A stretch of 27,670 bases of DNA, taken from the IMG/VR virus record IMGVR_UViG_3300032233_001051, positions 1 to 27,670 of that record, one strand, 5' to 3'. Position 1 is the first letter of the stretch. Each line of letters begins with the position of its first letter. The notes under the pieces are model-generated. The model saw only the letters and a list, made by a program, of their open reading frames with translations, was not told where the DNA came from and did no database searches. Positions 8,453-16,759 of the stretch are shown piece by piece. The position numbers were made by a program, and so were the translations under genes. The stretch is from a virus. Its lineage: Duplodnaviria; Caudoviricetes.

Positions 8453-8606
8453 GTTGTCAAAAGTTGCCGAGCTTCGAATCGGGGGTATCTTGCTCGTCCT
8501 TACGCAAGAGGTGTTATTACAGCATTCTGACAATGTAATAACTGTGGTTACTACAGAGTAAAAAAGTGTAACTAACGATGAATTCCAATCGAGGGCTTGA
8601 GACAAC
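8453..8606 (+). ncRNA. putative multi-branched structured RNA
   Basis: Closing stem GTTGTC/GACAAC encloses five hairpins. Lies between two tRNAs with no credible ORF. Confidence 0.5.
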
Positions 8607-8625
8607 AAGTAGCTCGTCCCAATTT

Positions 8626-8710
8626 GGAGCAGAAGCATCAATGGTGATGCAGCGGACTGTAAATCCGCCGCCTTATGGCACGTTTGGTTCAATCCCAAAA
8701 TGCTCCACCA
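8626..8710 (+). tRNA. tRNA-Tyr(GTA)
   Basis: GCGGA-CT-GTA-AA-TCCGC anticodon arm, long variable arm, CCA end. Confidence 0.92.
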
Positions 8711-8717
8711 GTATTAT

Positions 8718-8795
8718 GCACCGATGGCAGAGTGGTCTAATGCAACGGATTGCAAATCCGTAAAATCGTAGGTTCGAATCCTACTCGGTGTTCCA
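8718..8795 (+). tRNA. tRNA-Cys(GCA)
   Basis: ACGGA-TT-GCA-AA-TCCGT anticodon arm, U73 discriminator, CCA. Confidence 0.93.
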
Positions 8796-8800
8796 AAGTA

Positions 8801-8843
8801 TACCACAAAGTCTATTGACAATGTGTATATATAATGATATACT
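8801..8843 (+). promoter_or_regulatory. sigma70-type promoter with upstream TACCACAA element
   Basis: TTGACA 8815-8820, 17 bp, extended -10 TGnTATACT 8835-8843. Confidence 0.8.
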
Positions 8844-8910
8844 AGTATCTACTGTTGAGAAACAGCAAAACTTCCGTCTCTCTTGGAGACCCTGTAACCG
8901 GTAAGCAGGA

Positions 8911-9060
8911 TTTTTAGTTTAGTGTTATCAGGGTATCGTTAATAGACGTATTAACTATGCGGGCCTAACTGGCGAGGGACAGGTCCTGATATAACTGCTT
9001 AGTCGCTATGGGATGGAAGCACCAGACCCCTAAATTGAGCAGATAACACTAAATTAAGAA
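8911..9060 (+). ncRNA. putative pseudoknotted structured RNA
   Basis: 19-bp terminal stem (8911-8929/9042-9060), internal hairpins and loop-loop complementarity. Confidence 0.65.
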
Positions 9061-9063
9061 TAT

Positions 9064-9132
9064 GCGGTGGGTTGGAGAACAGATTAAGCTTCCCGTTTAA
9101 TCACCTTTGTGCAACTCAAAGACACCGCTCCA
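9064..9132 (+). tRNA. atypical 69-nt tRNA-Gly(TCC)-like RNA
   Basis: GCGGTG/CACCGC-T-CCA Gly-type acceptor, minimal D arm, 7-bp anticodon stem with loop CT-TCC-CG, T-arm CTTTG-TGCAACT-CAAAG. Confidence 0.75.
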
Positions 9133-9137
9133 GATTT

Positions 9138-9211
9138 GCGGGATTAGTTTAGTGGTAAAACGAAACCTTGCCAAGGTTTAGTTGTCAGTTCGATTCTGTC
9201 ATTCCGCTCCA
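9138..9211 (+). tRNA. tRNA-Gly(GCC)
   Basis: AAACC-TT-GCC-AA-GGTTT anticodon arm, canonical D and T loops, TCCA end. Confidence 0.93.
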
Positions 9212-9215
9212 ATAT

Positions 9216-9347
9216 ATGAATAAAAAAGAAGAAGTTAAAACTGAGCATAAAGTACATGAAGTCAAATGGGGTAAGTATTTGACACCAGAAAAATTAACTG
9301 AACTGTTAGATAAAGTGTATTCGCAAGTAAATAAAGAAAAGAAGTAA
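9216..9347 (+). CDS. possible 43-aa Lys/Glu-rich protein
   Basis: ATG 9216 to TAA 9347 almost exactly fills the inter-tRNA spacer. No SD is visible. Confidence 0.4.
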   Translation: MNKKEEVKTEHKVHEVKWGKYLTPEKLTELLDKVYSQVNKEKK

Positions 9348-9351
9348 CTTC

Positions 9352-9426
9352 CGCGGAGTAGCTCAGAGGTAGAGCATTGGACTCATAATCCAGGGGCCGT
9401 AGGTTCGATTCCTTCCTCCGCAACCA
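9352..9426 (+). tRNA. tRNA-Met(CAT), initiator-like
   Basis: CT-CAT-AA loop, C1xA72 mismatch, ACCA end. Confidence 0.88.
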
Positions 9427-9441
9427 ACTTTGGAGATTATA

Positions 9442-9627
9442 ATGACCTGGAATAAAATTTATAAAGATTTTCAAGAAGGTGAATCATTGGATAATATCGA
9501 TCCTACCAAACAACAGGACGATAAGCATGAAGATGAGGAGTGGGATTATCTAGAAAAAGAAATAGAACGGAAGAAAAAAGAAGAGGCTAGACTTAATGCT
9601 AACCCCTTCATCGATCCAGGTTATTAA
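9442..9627 (+). CDS. small acidic hypothetical protein
   Basis: GGAG RBS before ATG 9442 (MTWNKIYKDF...). Its stop overlaps the stop of the convergent gene. Confidence 0.6.
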   Translation: MTWNKIYKDFQEGESLDNIDPTKQQDDKHEDEEWDYLEKEIERKKKEEARLNANPFIDPGY

Positions 9628-11621
9628 AACAATATTTTACCTGATACTTGTACCATATTACTCTTAACATCGTCCCATTGTTGTTGACCAGCTCTGATTG
9701 AAACATCAGCTTTATCTTTAACTTTATAACTCAAACCACCTAATAAGGTTTTATAATTTAAAGTTGTACGACTTGCTTCAGCAACTACATTTAATTTATT
9801 AGTAATTGGTCGGTCAATATTTACACCAACTTCTTCACTAATTTTTGTTGTGCTAGTTGGGTCATATGTAACAGAAGTTAAATCTGAACCACTACTAGTT
9901 ACACCAGATACTCTATTTTTCTCCCAACGTACACCAGCAAAAGGTCTTACACCATATATTGATGGTGTATACGCTCTGCCTGTAACCCAATTATCTATAC
10001 CATTTGTTGTTGCTGAATTTGATAAACCTAATTCAGGAATACTATAATTGGCATCGTAACGATTGTTTGCAAGGCCTATATCATTTTTAATTAACCAATC
10101 TTTTACTGTATATAAACTATACACACCAAAATGGTTTTTAATTGCACTACCACCACCATTTTCACCAGTTAATGTAGAGTTAGTATGGTTATATTGAGCA
10201 CCAACAATCCAATCTGGTCGTATACGTTTATCAGCACCAACACCAAAACGATTACCTGTTGAACTATAACTATCAGATGCACCACTACGATTACCTTCTA
10301 TTGTTACATAACTTGTAATTTCTTTGTCACCAGCAAATCTGCCATCTTTAACTTTTTGACGGTCAGTTACTCGGCTATCTAACCATAAATTACCTGCAAT
10401 ATTAGTACGTTGTAATTTTTCTAATTGGTCAATACGAGCTGCATAATCTTTATTGGTTTGTGCTTGGTCAATTTCTAATCCATTTACACTATTTGTTGTA
10501 ACTGCATTACTATTACTTACAGTAACCACAGGAGTACCATTTGCAGTAGTAGTTGTATTATCACTATAACTTGTAACTGTTACTGGAGTAGTTGTAGTAG
10601 TTGTAGTTACAGGAGTAGTTATAGTAGTAGTGATTGTTGCAGGAGTTGTATTTGTTACTGTTGTTGTTTGTGTAACAGTCAAAGATTTATCCGTTTGAGC
10701 ACCACGACTATTTGCTAAATCAACTACTGTTGTAGTGGTACCATAAGCAACTGATGTAGTAACTACAGGAGTACCATTAACAGAACTTGTTGTGGCTGAA
10801 TTTGTTGTAGTTGTTCCAGTTACAGTTGGAGTACCGCCTCCACTTGGCATTGTTGGGTCATTAGACGCCACAGAATTAAATAGTGTTCCATTTTTATTTA
10901 CTGTGCCTAGATTATCATTAACAAATAGCACAGGACTTAATGCAGTATCACCTTGATTGAATACTCCAAAACCAACTTTATAATCACCAGCTGTAGTAAT
11001 ATTATAATTAATCTGTTGCCATCCTGTTGAACCATAACTACCTGTTGAATAGTTTCCTGTTCCTGGATTAGTAGCACCTAATAAAATGTATTGAGCACTT
11101 ACACCATTGATTGATCCAAGTGTTGTAGCTGAAGTTTTATTAACTAATGTAGCTAACGACCCGTCATTAAATGGAACATAGTCTGTACTTGTGTAGACCC
11201 ATGCCATCTTAAATGTTGTGCCGGCAGCAAATGTAAAATCTTTAACTATCCATGCTGTGCTAGTAACATTACCACCTGTTGAAGCTACTTGACTGTTTAA
11301 TGCTGTAATACTAGAACTACTTAAACCTAATGCTGTGGTCATAGCACTATAATTTGCTGAACCACCAGGTTGCATACCAACCATATAACTACCTGTATAC
11401 GGACTAATAGTCCATACGTTAGAACCACAACAAGAAATAGTTTGTGTACCATTAACTGTCGCAACACCTATTCCTGATGATCCATATGCACCATTTTGTG
11501 TACCTACATTAGGACCACCGGTCCATCCATTCAGGTCACCTGTTCCAAAACCTACATCTGGCGTCTGAGCTAATACAGTCAAGCTTAGAGCCACTAATAC
11601 TAGTGTTAAAATGTGTTTCAT
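9624..11621 (-). CDS. autotransporter-like outer membrane protein
   Basis: Signal peptide, G/S/T/N-rich passenger, Thr-rich stalk, about 250-aa amphipathic beta-strand C-terminus ending in F (VSGKILF). AAGGA RBS. Confidence 0.7.
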   Translation of the reverse strand: MKHILTLVLVALSLTVLAQTPDVGFGTGDLNGWTGGPNVGTQNGAYGSSGIGVATVNGTQTISCCGSNVWTISPYTGSYMVGMQPGGSANYSAMTTALGLSSSSITALNSQVASTGGNVTSTAWIVKDFTFAAGTTFKMAWVYTSTDYVPFNDGSLATLVNKTSATTLGSINGVSAQYILLGATNPGTGNYSTGSYGSTGWQQINYNITTAGDYKVGFGVFNQGDTALSPVLFVNDNLGTVNKNGTLFNSVASNDPTMPSGGGTPTVTGTTTTNSATTSSVNGTPVVTTSVAYGTTTTVVDLANSRGAQTDKSLTVTQTTTVTNTTPATITTTITTPVTTTTTTTPVTVTSYSDNTTTTANGTPVVTVSNSNAVTTNSVNGLEIDQAQTNKDYAARIDQLEKLQRTNIAGNLWLDSRVTDRQKVKDGRFAGDKEITSYVTIEGNRSGASDSYSSTGNRFGVGADKRIRPDWIVGAQYNHTNSTLTGENGGGSAIKNHFGVYSLYTVKDWLIKNDIGLANNRYDANYSIPELGLSNSATTNGIDNWVTGRAYTPSIYGVRPFAGVRWEKNRVSGVTSSGSDLTSVTYDPTSTTKISEEVGVNIDRPITNKLNVVAEASRTTLNYKTLLGGLSYKVKDKADVSIRAGQQQWDDVKSNMVQVSGKILF

Positions 11622-11637
11622 TTTTTTCCTTTATTTT

Positions 11638-11781
11638 TTAATAAAAGCGGTGTATTACAGGACCGCCCATAAATCCTTGAGTCATCATATAAGGATAATA
11701 ATGTTTCATCATTTCAGACATTAACCATGCTTGATAATCTTTGTATGGTTGTAAAAAATATTTACTTTGAAGTTGCCACAT
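11638..11781 (-). CDS. possible 47-aa protein
   Basis: MWQLQSKYFLQPYKDYQAWLMSEMMKHYYPY... fills the gap between the cyclase and autotransporter genes. Confidence 0.35.
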   Translation of the reverse strand: MWQLQSKYFLQPYKDYQAWLMSEMMKHYYPYMMTQGFMGGPVIHRFY

Positions 11782-13762
11782 AAGTTCCATTCCAATTTTC
11801 TGGTTTACCTTCTTCAAGCCTCTCCAACATATTAACATAATATTGTTGAAGTGGAGTTTTTTTCTTGATTAATACCTTGAGTGTTTCAATGGCATCAATC
11901 CAATCACCATTATAATAATCTTCCAAGAAATTTTTGTGTTCGATTGTTTCATCACCTAGAGTATAAATTCTTACTCCAATCTTTTTACCTTTAACAGCAA
12001 TACAATCTAATTCAATAACAGGATATTCATCCTTTACTCTTTCAGCTGTTAATGGTCCTAATACAATTCTTACACCATAAGGTTTACTTTGGCCTTCTAA
12101 TCGTGATGCCAGATTAACTGTATCCCCTAAGCAAGTATAATCAAATCTCTGGTCACTTCCCATGTTACCCACAACAACAGTACCAGTATTAATACCAAGA
12201 CCCATACCAAAGGCAGGTACACCTTCTTTGGTAACAATCTCATTAAAAGTATCAAGACTATTCATCATTTCAAGAGCTGTCTTTACTGCCAACTTAGCAT
12301 GATTGATTTCTTCAACGGGAGCATTCCAAAATGCCATCTGAGCATCACCAATATACTTGTCTAGTGTTCCATTGTTTGTTAAAATCTTTTCGGTCATCGC
12401 AGTCATGTAACGATTCATAATCTTAGTGAGACCTTGTACATCAGTACCATAGTGTTCAGAGATTGCCGTGAAGCCTCTAACATCTGTAAACATAATAGAT
12501 AATTCTTTTGATTCTCCACCAAGTACCAATAACTCAGGATTCTTTTGTAATTTTTCAACCAATGCTTTTGATAAGTATGTACCAAATTGTTTTTTGATTT
12601 GCTGCTTCTGTAAAAATTCACTTACAAATTTAATACCGTAGGCATGAAGTATAACCAATACAAGACCAGCAATAAGGCAAGTAACGTCAAAAAGATATAG
12701 GTACTCCGAATACAAATACCTACTAACAGGCAAAATGCTACAAAGAACAATAACACATGAAAAAAGTCCAACATAAGTCCACCTCGTTAGAAATAATAGA
12801 ATAAGTCCTAATGTAACTATAGATAATATTTCAACCCCATCCATCCAATCAGGACGTTTAATAACAACACCATTAATCATTGTACCAACTAATGCAGCTT
12901 GTAATTCTTGGGGCCATACAGCACCTTTGGCAGTTGGTACTGGATTGGCAATACCTGCAGCTGAAGTTCCTACAATAACAATGGCACCACCAAAATCTTT
13001 AGGTAAATCTACCATCGATACAGATTTACTTTGTTGTGACCAATCAATCCAAACTCGTCCTAGATTATCTGTGGTAATAGGACCAAATTTTGGAATACGC
13101 ATCTTCTCAATGCCATTCTCATTTACTTTTACTTGTGTAGTTGTATCATTGGCTATAACACGGAGAATCTCCATTGATAAACTAGGATAGAATTTACCTT
13201 GTGATGTTATAATCAAAGGCACTCTACGATTTACTCCATCAATTTCTGGTAATGTGTTTGTTGTGCCTACACCAACAGCACTATTTTCTAATTTTGGAAT
13301 GTTAGCAATAATACCAGGGTATTCAATGAGTGGTGCATCTTTAGGACCAATGATTGCAATACCAGGAGTTCGAGGAGTATTCTTATCTTTATTGGATGGT
13401 GTGTTACTTAATATTACCGGGAACTTATTAAGAACATTAAGTAACCTATCATCTTGATTGCTTCGGTCAGGATCAGGCATAAGAATATTGAAAACAACCA
13501 CTCCAGCATTTCTATTATAAATTTCTCGTATAATATTAGCGTATTCACCACGTGGGAAAGGCCATTGACCATATCTTGATAAAGTTTCTTCATCTATGTT
13601 AACCGTGTATATGTTGTTTTCTGTTATTGGTTTAGAAGTAATGATAGTATCAAAGTAACGAAGCCTTACAGATTCAACAAAAGATGGATCCGCAAGCCGA
13701 AAACATAACACTAAACTTAAAGTGATTAGTGCCGTCCAAGGAGATAGTAATATTTTTTTCAT
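11762..13762 (-). CDS. CHASE2-domain class III adenylate cyclase
   Basis: N-terminal TM, CHASE2 motifs (VNIDEETL..YGQWPFPR, DGVNRRVPL, IVGTSAAG), three TMs, and cyclase motifs FTDVRGFT, DKYIGDAQMAFW, YTCLGDTVNLASRLEG. Confidence 0.93.
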   Translation of the reverse strand: MKKILLSPWTALITLSLVLCFRLADPSFVESVRLRYFDTIITSKPITENNIYTVNIDEETLSRYGQWPFPRGEYANIIREIYNRNAGVVVFNILMPDPDRSNQDDRLLNVLNKFPVILSNTPSNKDKNTPRTPGIAIIGPKDAPLIEYPGIIANIPKLENSAVGVGTTNTLPEIDGVNRRVPLIITSQGKFYPSLSMEILRVIANDTTTQVKVNENGIEKMRIPKFGPITTDNLGRVWIDWSQQSKSVSMVDLPKDFGGAIVIVGTSAAGIANPVPTAKGAVWPQELQAALVGTMINGVVIKRPDWMDGVEILSIVTLGLILLFLTRWTYVGLFSCVIVLCSILPVSRYLYSEYLYLFDVTCLIAGLVLVILHAYGIKFVSEFLQKQQIKKQFGTYLSKALVEKLQKNPELLVLGGESKELSIMFTDVRGFTAISEHYGTDVQGLTKIMNRYMTAMTEKILTNNGTLDKYIGDAQMAFWNAPVEEINHAKLAVKTALEMMNSLDTFNEIVTKEGVPAFGMGLGINTGTVVVGNMGSDQRFDYTCLGDTVNLASRLEGQSKPYGVRIVLGPLTAERVKDEYPVIELDCIAVKGKKIGVRIYTLGDETIEHKNFLEDYYNGDWIDAIETLKVLIKKKTPLQQYYVNMLERLEEGKPENWNGTYVATSK

Positions 13763-13923
13763 TTGTATTTTTCTTCAGGTAAATCTCTATAATCGTGCCG
13801 TAAACAAGTTTTCATATAGGTAAGTGTTTCACCTTTTTTAGATAATACTTGAGCACTCTTTCCACAAAGTTCAACCTTACAAAGTGGTGGTGGTAATCTT
13901 GGGTTTAATGTACTATTTTCCAA
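13759..13923 (-). CDS. possible 54-aa Zn-finger-like protein (not in ORF track)
   Basis: TTG start after GGTGA. Contains CKVELC...CLRH. Its TGA overlaps the cyclase ATG (ATGA). Confidence 0.5.
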   Translation of the reverse strand: MENSTLNPRLPPPLCKVELCGKSAQVLSKKGETLTYMKTCLRHDYRDLPEEKYK

Positions 13924-14974
13924 TTTGTTTCACCGTTAATGTGTTAGTTGTTGAATCTTGGTTCTGTAATTGTATTGTATAAGCATCTTGTGTTAAATTA
14001 ATCATATAACCCCTATCTTTATTAACCAAAGCCGTAAAATTTTGTTTTACGTTTCTTGTTACTTGCCAATATGTACCCTTATCAAAAATATAAATCTGTG
14101 TTATTGCATTATAACCAACTGTAAAAGCTGCCAACATATAATTGTCTAAAGCATTGGTTAATAAATTAACATCCAATTCATTAATCCCCAACTCATTAAA
14201 CTCAGCAAATATATCCTTAAACACTTTAACATCCAAAGCATTTTGATCCAATGCATTAAACTCTAAAGCCGAACCGGACTTGTTAATGTTCTCAATTGCT
14301 CTTTGTGTAATCTCTTTTGGAGGTCTTACAATTAACATATTATTAATTGCTGATTCATTTAACATTAACAGAACCGGTCTTAATGGTCTTGTTTCATTAG
14401 ATGTAGTCATTGTGGCTTGAAATGCTTGATTAAGCACCACAGAACCCATAGCAGTTTGTACTTCAATTTCACCAACAGAACCATCTTTATTCGGTAATAG
14501 TATAATCATAGATTGACCTATTTCATCAACCGTCATACTAAATGCCGTGCCACGAACAGCAATCGTGGCAGTCGGTGTATTGATTGCAACTTTACTAGGG
14601 TTATTATGTGCGATATTACCAGAGGCATATCGTACGGTTCCCATTGCAACTTTTAATCCTAATTTACCCGCGGATTTATTCTTTGGGTCGTATACAAAAT
14701 CATCAATAATAAGCTTTGAGTTTTCTGTTACTCTAACTTGTGTATCATCTTCAAAAGAAATACCTACAACACCGTTACCAGTTTGTACCAAATCATTACT
14801 ATCAACACCAACATTCTTTTTAACTTCTATATTAGCTTTGTTTCTTGTAATTGAGGCAATACCTTTTTGTTCAGTTACAGAACCAATTGCAGCATTAATG
14901 TTGAATGATAGTAGTAGCGTTGAGATTACCACTAACACCACTACCTGTGATATTAACAATCGCCGTATTTGCAT
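13913..14974 (-). CDS. secreted FecR-domain protein
   Basis: Signal peptide, DLVQTGNG, FEDDTQVRVTENSKL and INTPTATIAVRGTAF FecR motifs. GGAG RBS. Confidence 0.85.
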   Translation of the reverse strand: MQIRRLLISQVVVLVVISTLLLSFNINAAIGSVTEQKGIASITRNKANIEVKKNVGVDSNDLVQTGNGVVGISFEDDTQVRVTENSKLIIDDFVYDPKNKSAGKLGLKVAMGTVRYASGNIAHNNPSKVAINTPTATIAVRGTAFSMTVDEIGQSMIILLPNKDGSVGEIEVQTAMGSVVLNQAFQATMTTSNETRPLRPVLLMLNESAINNMLIVRPPKEITQRAIENINKSGSALEFNALDQNALDVKVFKDIFAEFNELGINELDVNLLTNALDNYMLAAFTVGYNAITQIYIFDKGTYWQVTRNVKQNFTALVNKDRGYMINLTQDAYTIQLQNQDSTTNTLTVKQIGK

Positions 14975-15656
14975 TTGTTACTCCGTCTTGTGTAATACTA
15001 ACTGCGTTATATCCACCAATTACATTAAGTTCAATTTTATGGCCGCTGGCACCAGATTGTGTTGTTGTAACATTGTTTCTATTACCAGCAATTGCAATTT
15101 TAGTTTCCACGTTTGTACTATTAATATTACTAACTACTGTATTATAACTACTTGTGCTTTGGTTGTCGGTAGATATTCCATTATTGTTAATTGTACTACC
15201 AATGTTTAATTGATACACATAATTATCGGCCTGGCCAGTTGTACCAATATTCAATGTAGTGGTATTATTATCTCCATTAATGTCTATACCAAGTGTACCT
15301 GCATTGGTACCTAAATTACCCATATTAAGTGTTGTGGTATTCGTATTACCATACTGTCTAATATTGGCTATCGAATCTCCACCAATAAAATTACCAGAAA
15401 TAGTATTGTTCATACCATCTTGTAAGACAGTAAGTTCCATATTGTTACCATCAACAACAAATGCTGGAGTGACTTGATTGTTTGGATCCCCAAAGGTATT
15501 TCCAGAACCGGCTTGTGTAATAGAGACGGTTGATAAATCTGCATTTGTCTGGTCTATGTAAACAGAGTTACTTCCACTATCCACAGCACCAACTAAACCC
15601 ATAATGAAAGTTAAGGCCATAGCGGTAACTATTTTGCCAAACTTTAAGGTTTTCAT
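14895..15656 (-). CDS. secreted curlin-like beta-repeat protein
   Basis: Signal peptide and repeated x-I-x-Q-x-G-x-x-N units (ITQAGSGN, VLQDGMNN, IRQYGNTN, ITQDGVTN). Adjacent to csgG/csgF-like genes. Confidence 0.7.
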   Translation of the reverse strand: MKTLKFGKIVTAMALTFIMGLVGAVDSGSNSVYIDQTNADLSTVSITQAGSGNTFGDPNNQVTPAFVVDGNNMELTVLQDGMNNTISGNFIGGDSIANIRQYGNTNTTTLNMGNLGTNAGTLGIDINGDNNTTTLNIGTTGQADNYVYQLNIGSTINNNGISTDNQSTSSYNTVVSNINSTNVETKIAIAGNRNNVTTTQSGASGHKIELNVIGGYNAVSITQDGVTNANTAIVNITGSGVSGNLNATTIIQH

Positions 15657-16759
15657 TTTGTTTCCTTTAAATTGTCTTTTTTAGTATACATCTTTAATCC
15701 ATCTTTTAATATTACTTCAACAACATCATTGTATTCTGTTGGTAAAACATTTACTTCTGTATCCTTAACGTAATATTTGAATGAACCGTATAGAGGTCCT
15801 TTTAAATCAGATTTCTTATAATATAGTTTTGTGTATTCTTTTAAATAGTAGGTTGTTGGTTTCGTTGTAACAACCTCTGTTGTCTTTTCTTCAATAACAT
15901 CTTTAATCGGAAGTGCCGTGCTAACAGGTTTTTCATCTATCTCCTTTTTAACTACTTCTTCTTGTTTGCTTGTTTTGAACTTCCACAAACCTTTCTTTTC
16001 ACCATCAAATATTAATTCTTCTACTGCCTTTTCTGTTGCTGATTTTAAAACAAAAATACCTACCTCCGTTGAGGACATACCAATTTCATTTTCAAATGCC
16101 TTAGTACCAGCATCAAAAAACTTAAATGTTGCCATACCTATTTGATAACTCAATAATGTCTTTCTTACATTGGTCGTCAATAATATCTCACCTGTTTGGG
16201 TGCTTACAACTCTCATTGATATCGTTACAACATCTTCATTGTATGATGTTGATGGACCAATTCCTAACCATCTCCAACCAAGTCCACCTGTTCTTACATT
16301 ACTATCATATGATACAATAGATGCTTCTAATAACATACCAGCAAAAAGGATTGGCCTTAAATTAGATGGGTCTTTTGCCTCATCTCTTGCCGACCTAATC
16401 AGTTGCCGTTCTTTTAATAGATTATCAAGTCCAACTCTTTCTACCACTCTAAACCATTGACCATCGCCAATATCTTGTAACGCTTTAATCAATATACCTT
16501 CACCACCTTGTGTAACTGCTGTAGAAAAACTAGCCACACCTGTTTGTTGTTTCTTTTGACCAGTCGCATCTCTAAAAGAATATACTGCCACAACAATTTT
16601 ACCATCTTGTGGTGGTGGAACTTCTCTGACAACCTTTTTAGTTTCTTGTGGTTGTTGTAATACTTCAGCATCACTAGTTTCAAATTTCATTGGTAATAGA
16701 GGACCTGTGGCCGCACAACCAAACAAACTGAAACACACCAAAACAATTAATTTCTTCAT
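15653..16759 (-). CDS. csgG: CsgG-like curli secretion lipoprotein with C-terminal extension
   Basis: Lipobox LFGC, VAVYSFRDATGQKK, FSTAVTQG, WFRVVERVGLDNLLKERQLIRS and IVSYDSNVRTGGLG. Confidence 0.9.
   Translation of the reverse strand: MKKLIVLVCFSLFGCAATGPLLPMKFETSDAEVLQQPQETKKVVREVPPPQDGKIVVAVYSFRDATGQKKQQTGVASFSTAVTQGGEGILIKALQDIGDGQWFRVVERVGLDNLLKERQLIRSARDEAKDPSNLRPILFAGMLLEASIVSYDSNVRTGGLGWRWLGIGPSTSYNEDVVTISMRVVSTQTGEILLTTNVRKTLLSYQIGMATFKFFDAGTKAFENEIGMSSTEVGIFVLKSATEKAVEELIFDGEKKGLWKFKTSKQEEVVKKEIDEKPVSTALPIKDVIEEKTTEVVTTKPTTYYLKEYTKLYYKKSDLKGPLYGSFKYYVKDTEVNVLPTEYNDVVEVILKDGLKMYTKKDNLKETK

Noticed and set aside
8347-8763. ORF-track ORFs 8347-8538, 8411-8698 and 8578-8763 (also 9262-9474)
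   Set aside because: They overlap clear tRNA genes and lack RBS or protein motifs.
10490-10830. GTA/GTT-rich repetitive tract as a tandem repeat or CRISPR array
   Set aside because: It is explained by the Thr-rich stalk codons of the autotransporter-like gene. There is no repeat-spacer periodicity.
14547-15209. 220-aa + strand ORF and other antisense or off-frame ORFs within long genes
   Set aside because: These are shadows of well-supported genes, produced by codon bias.
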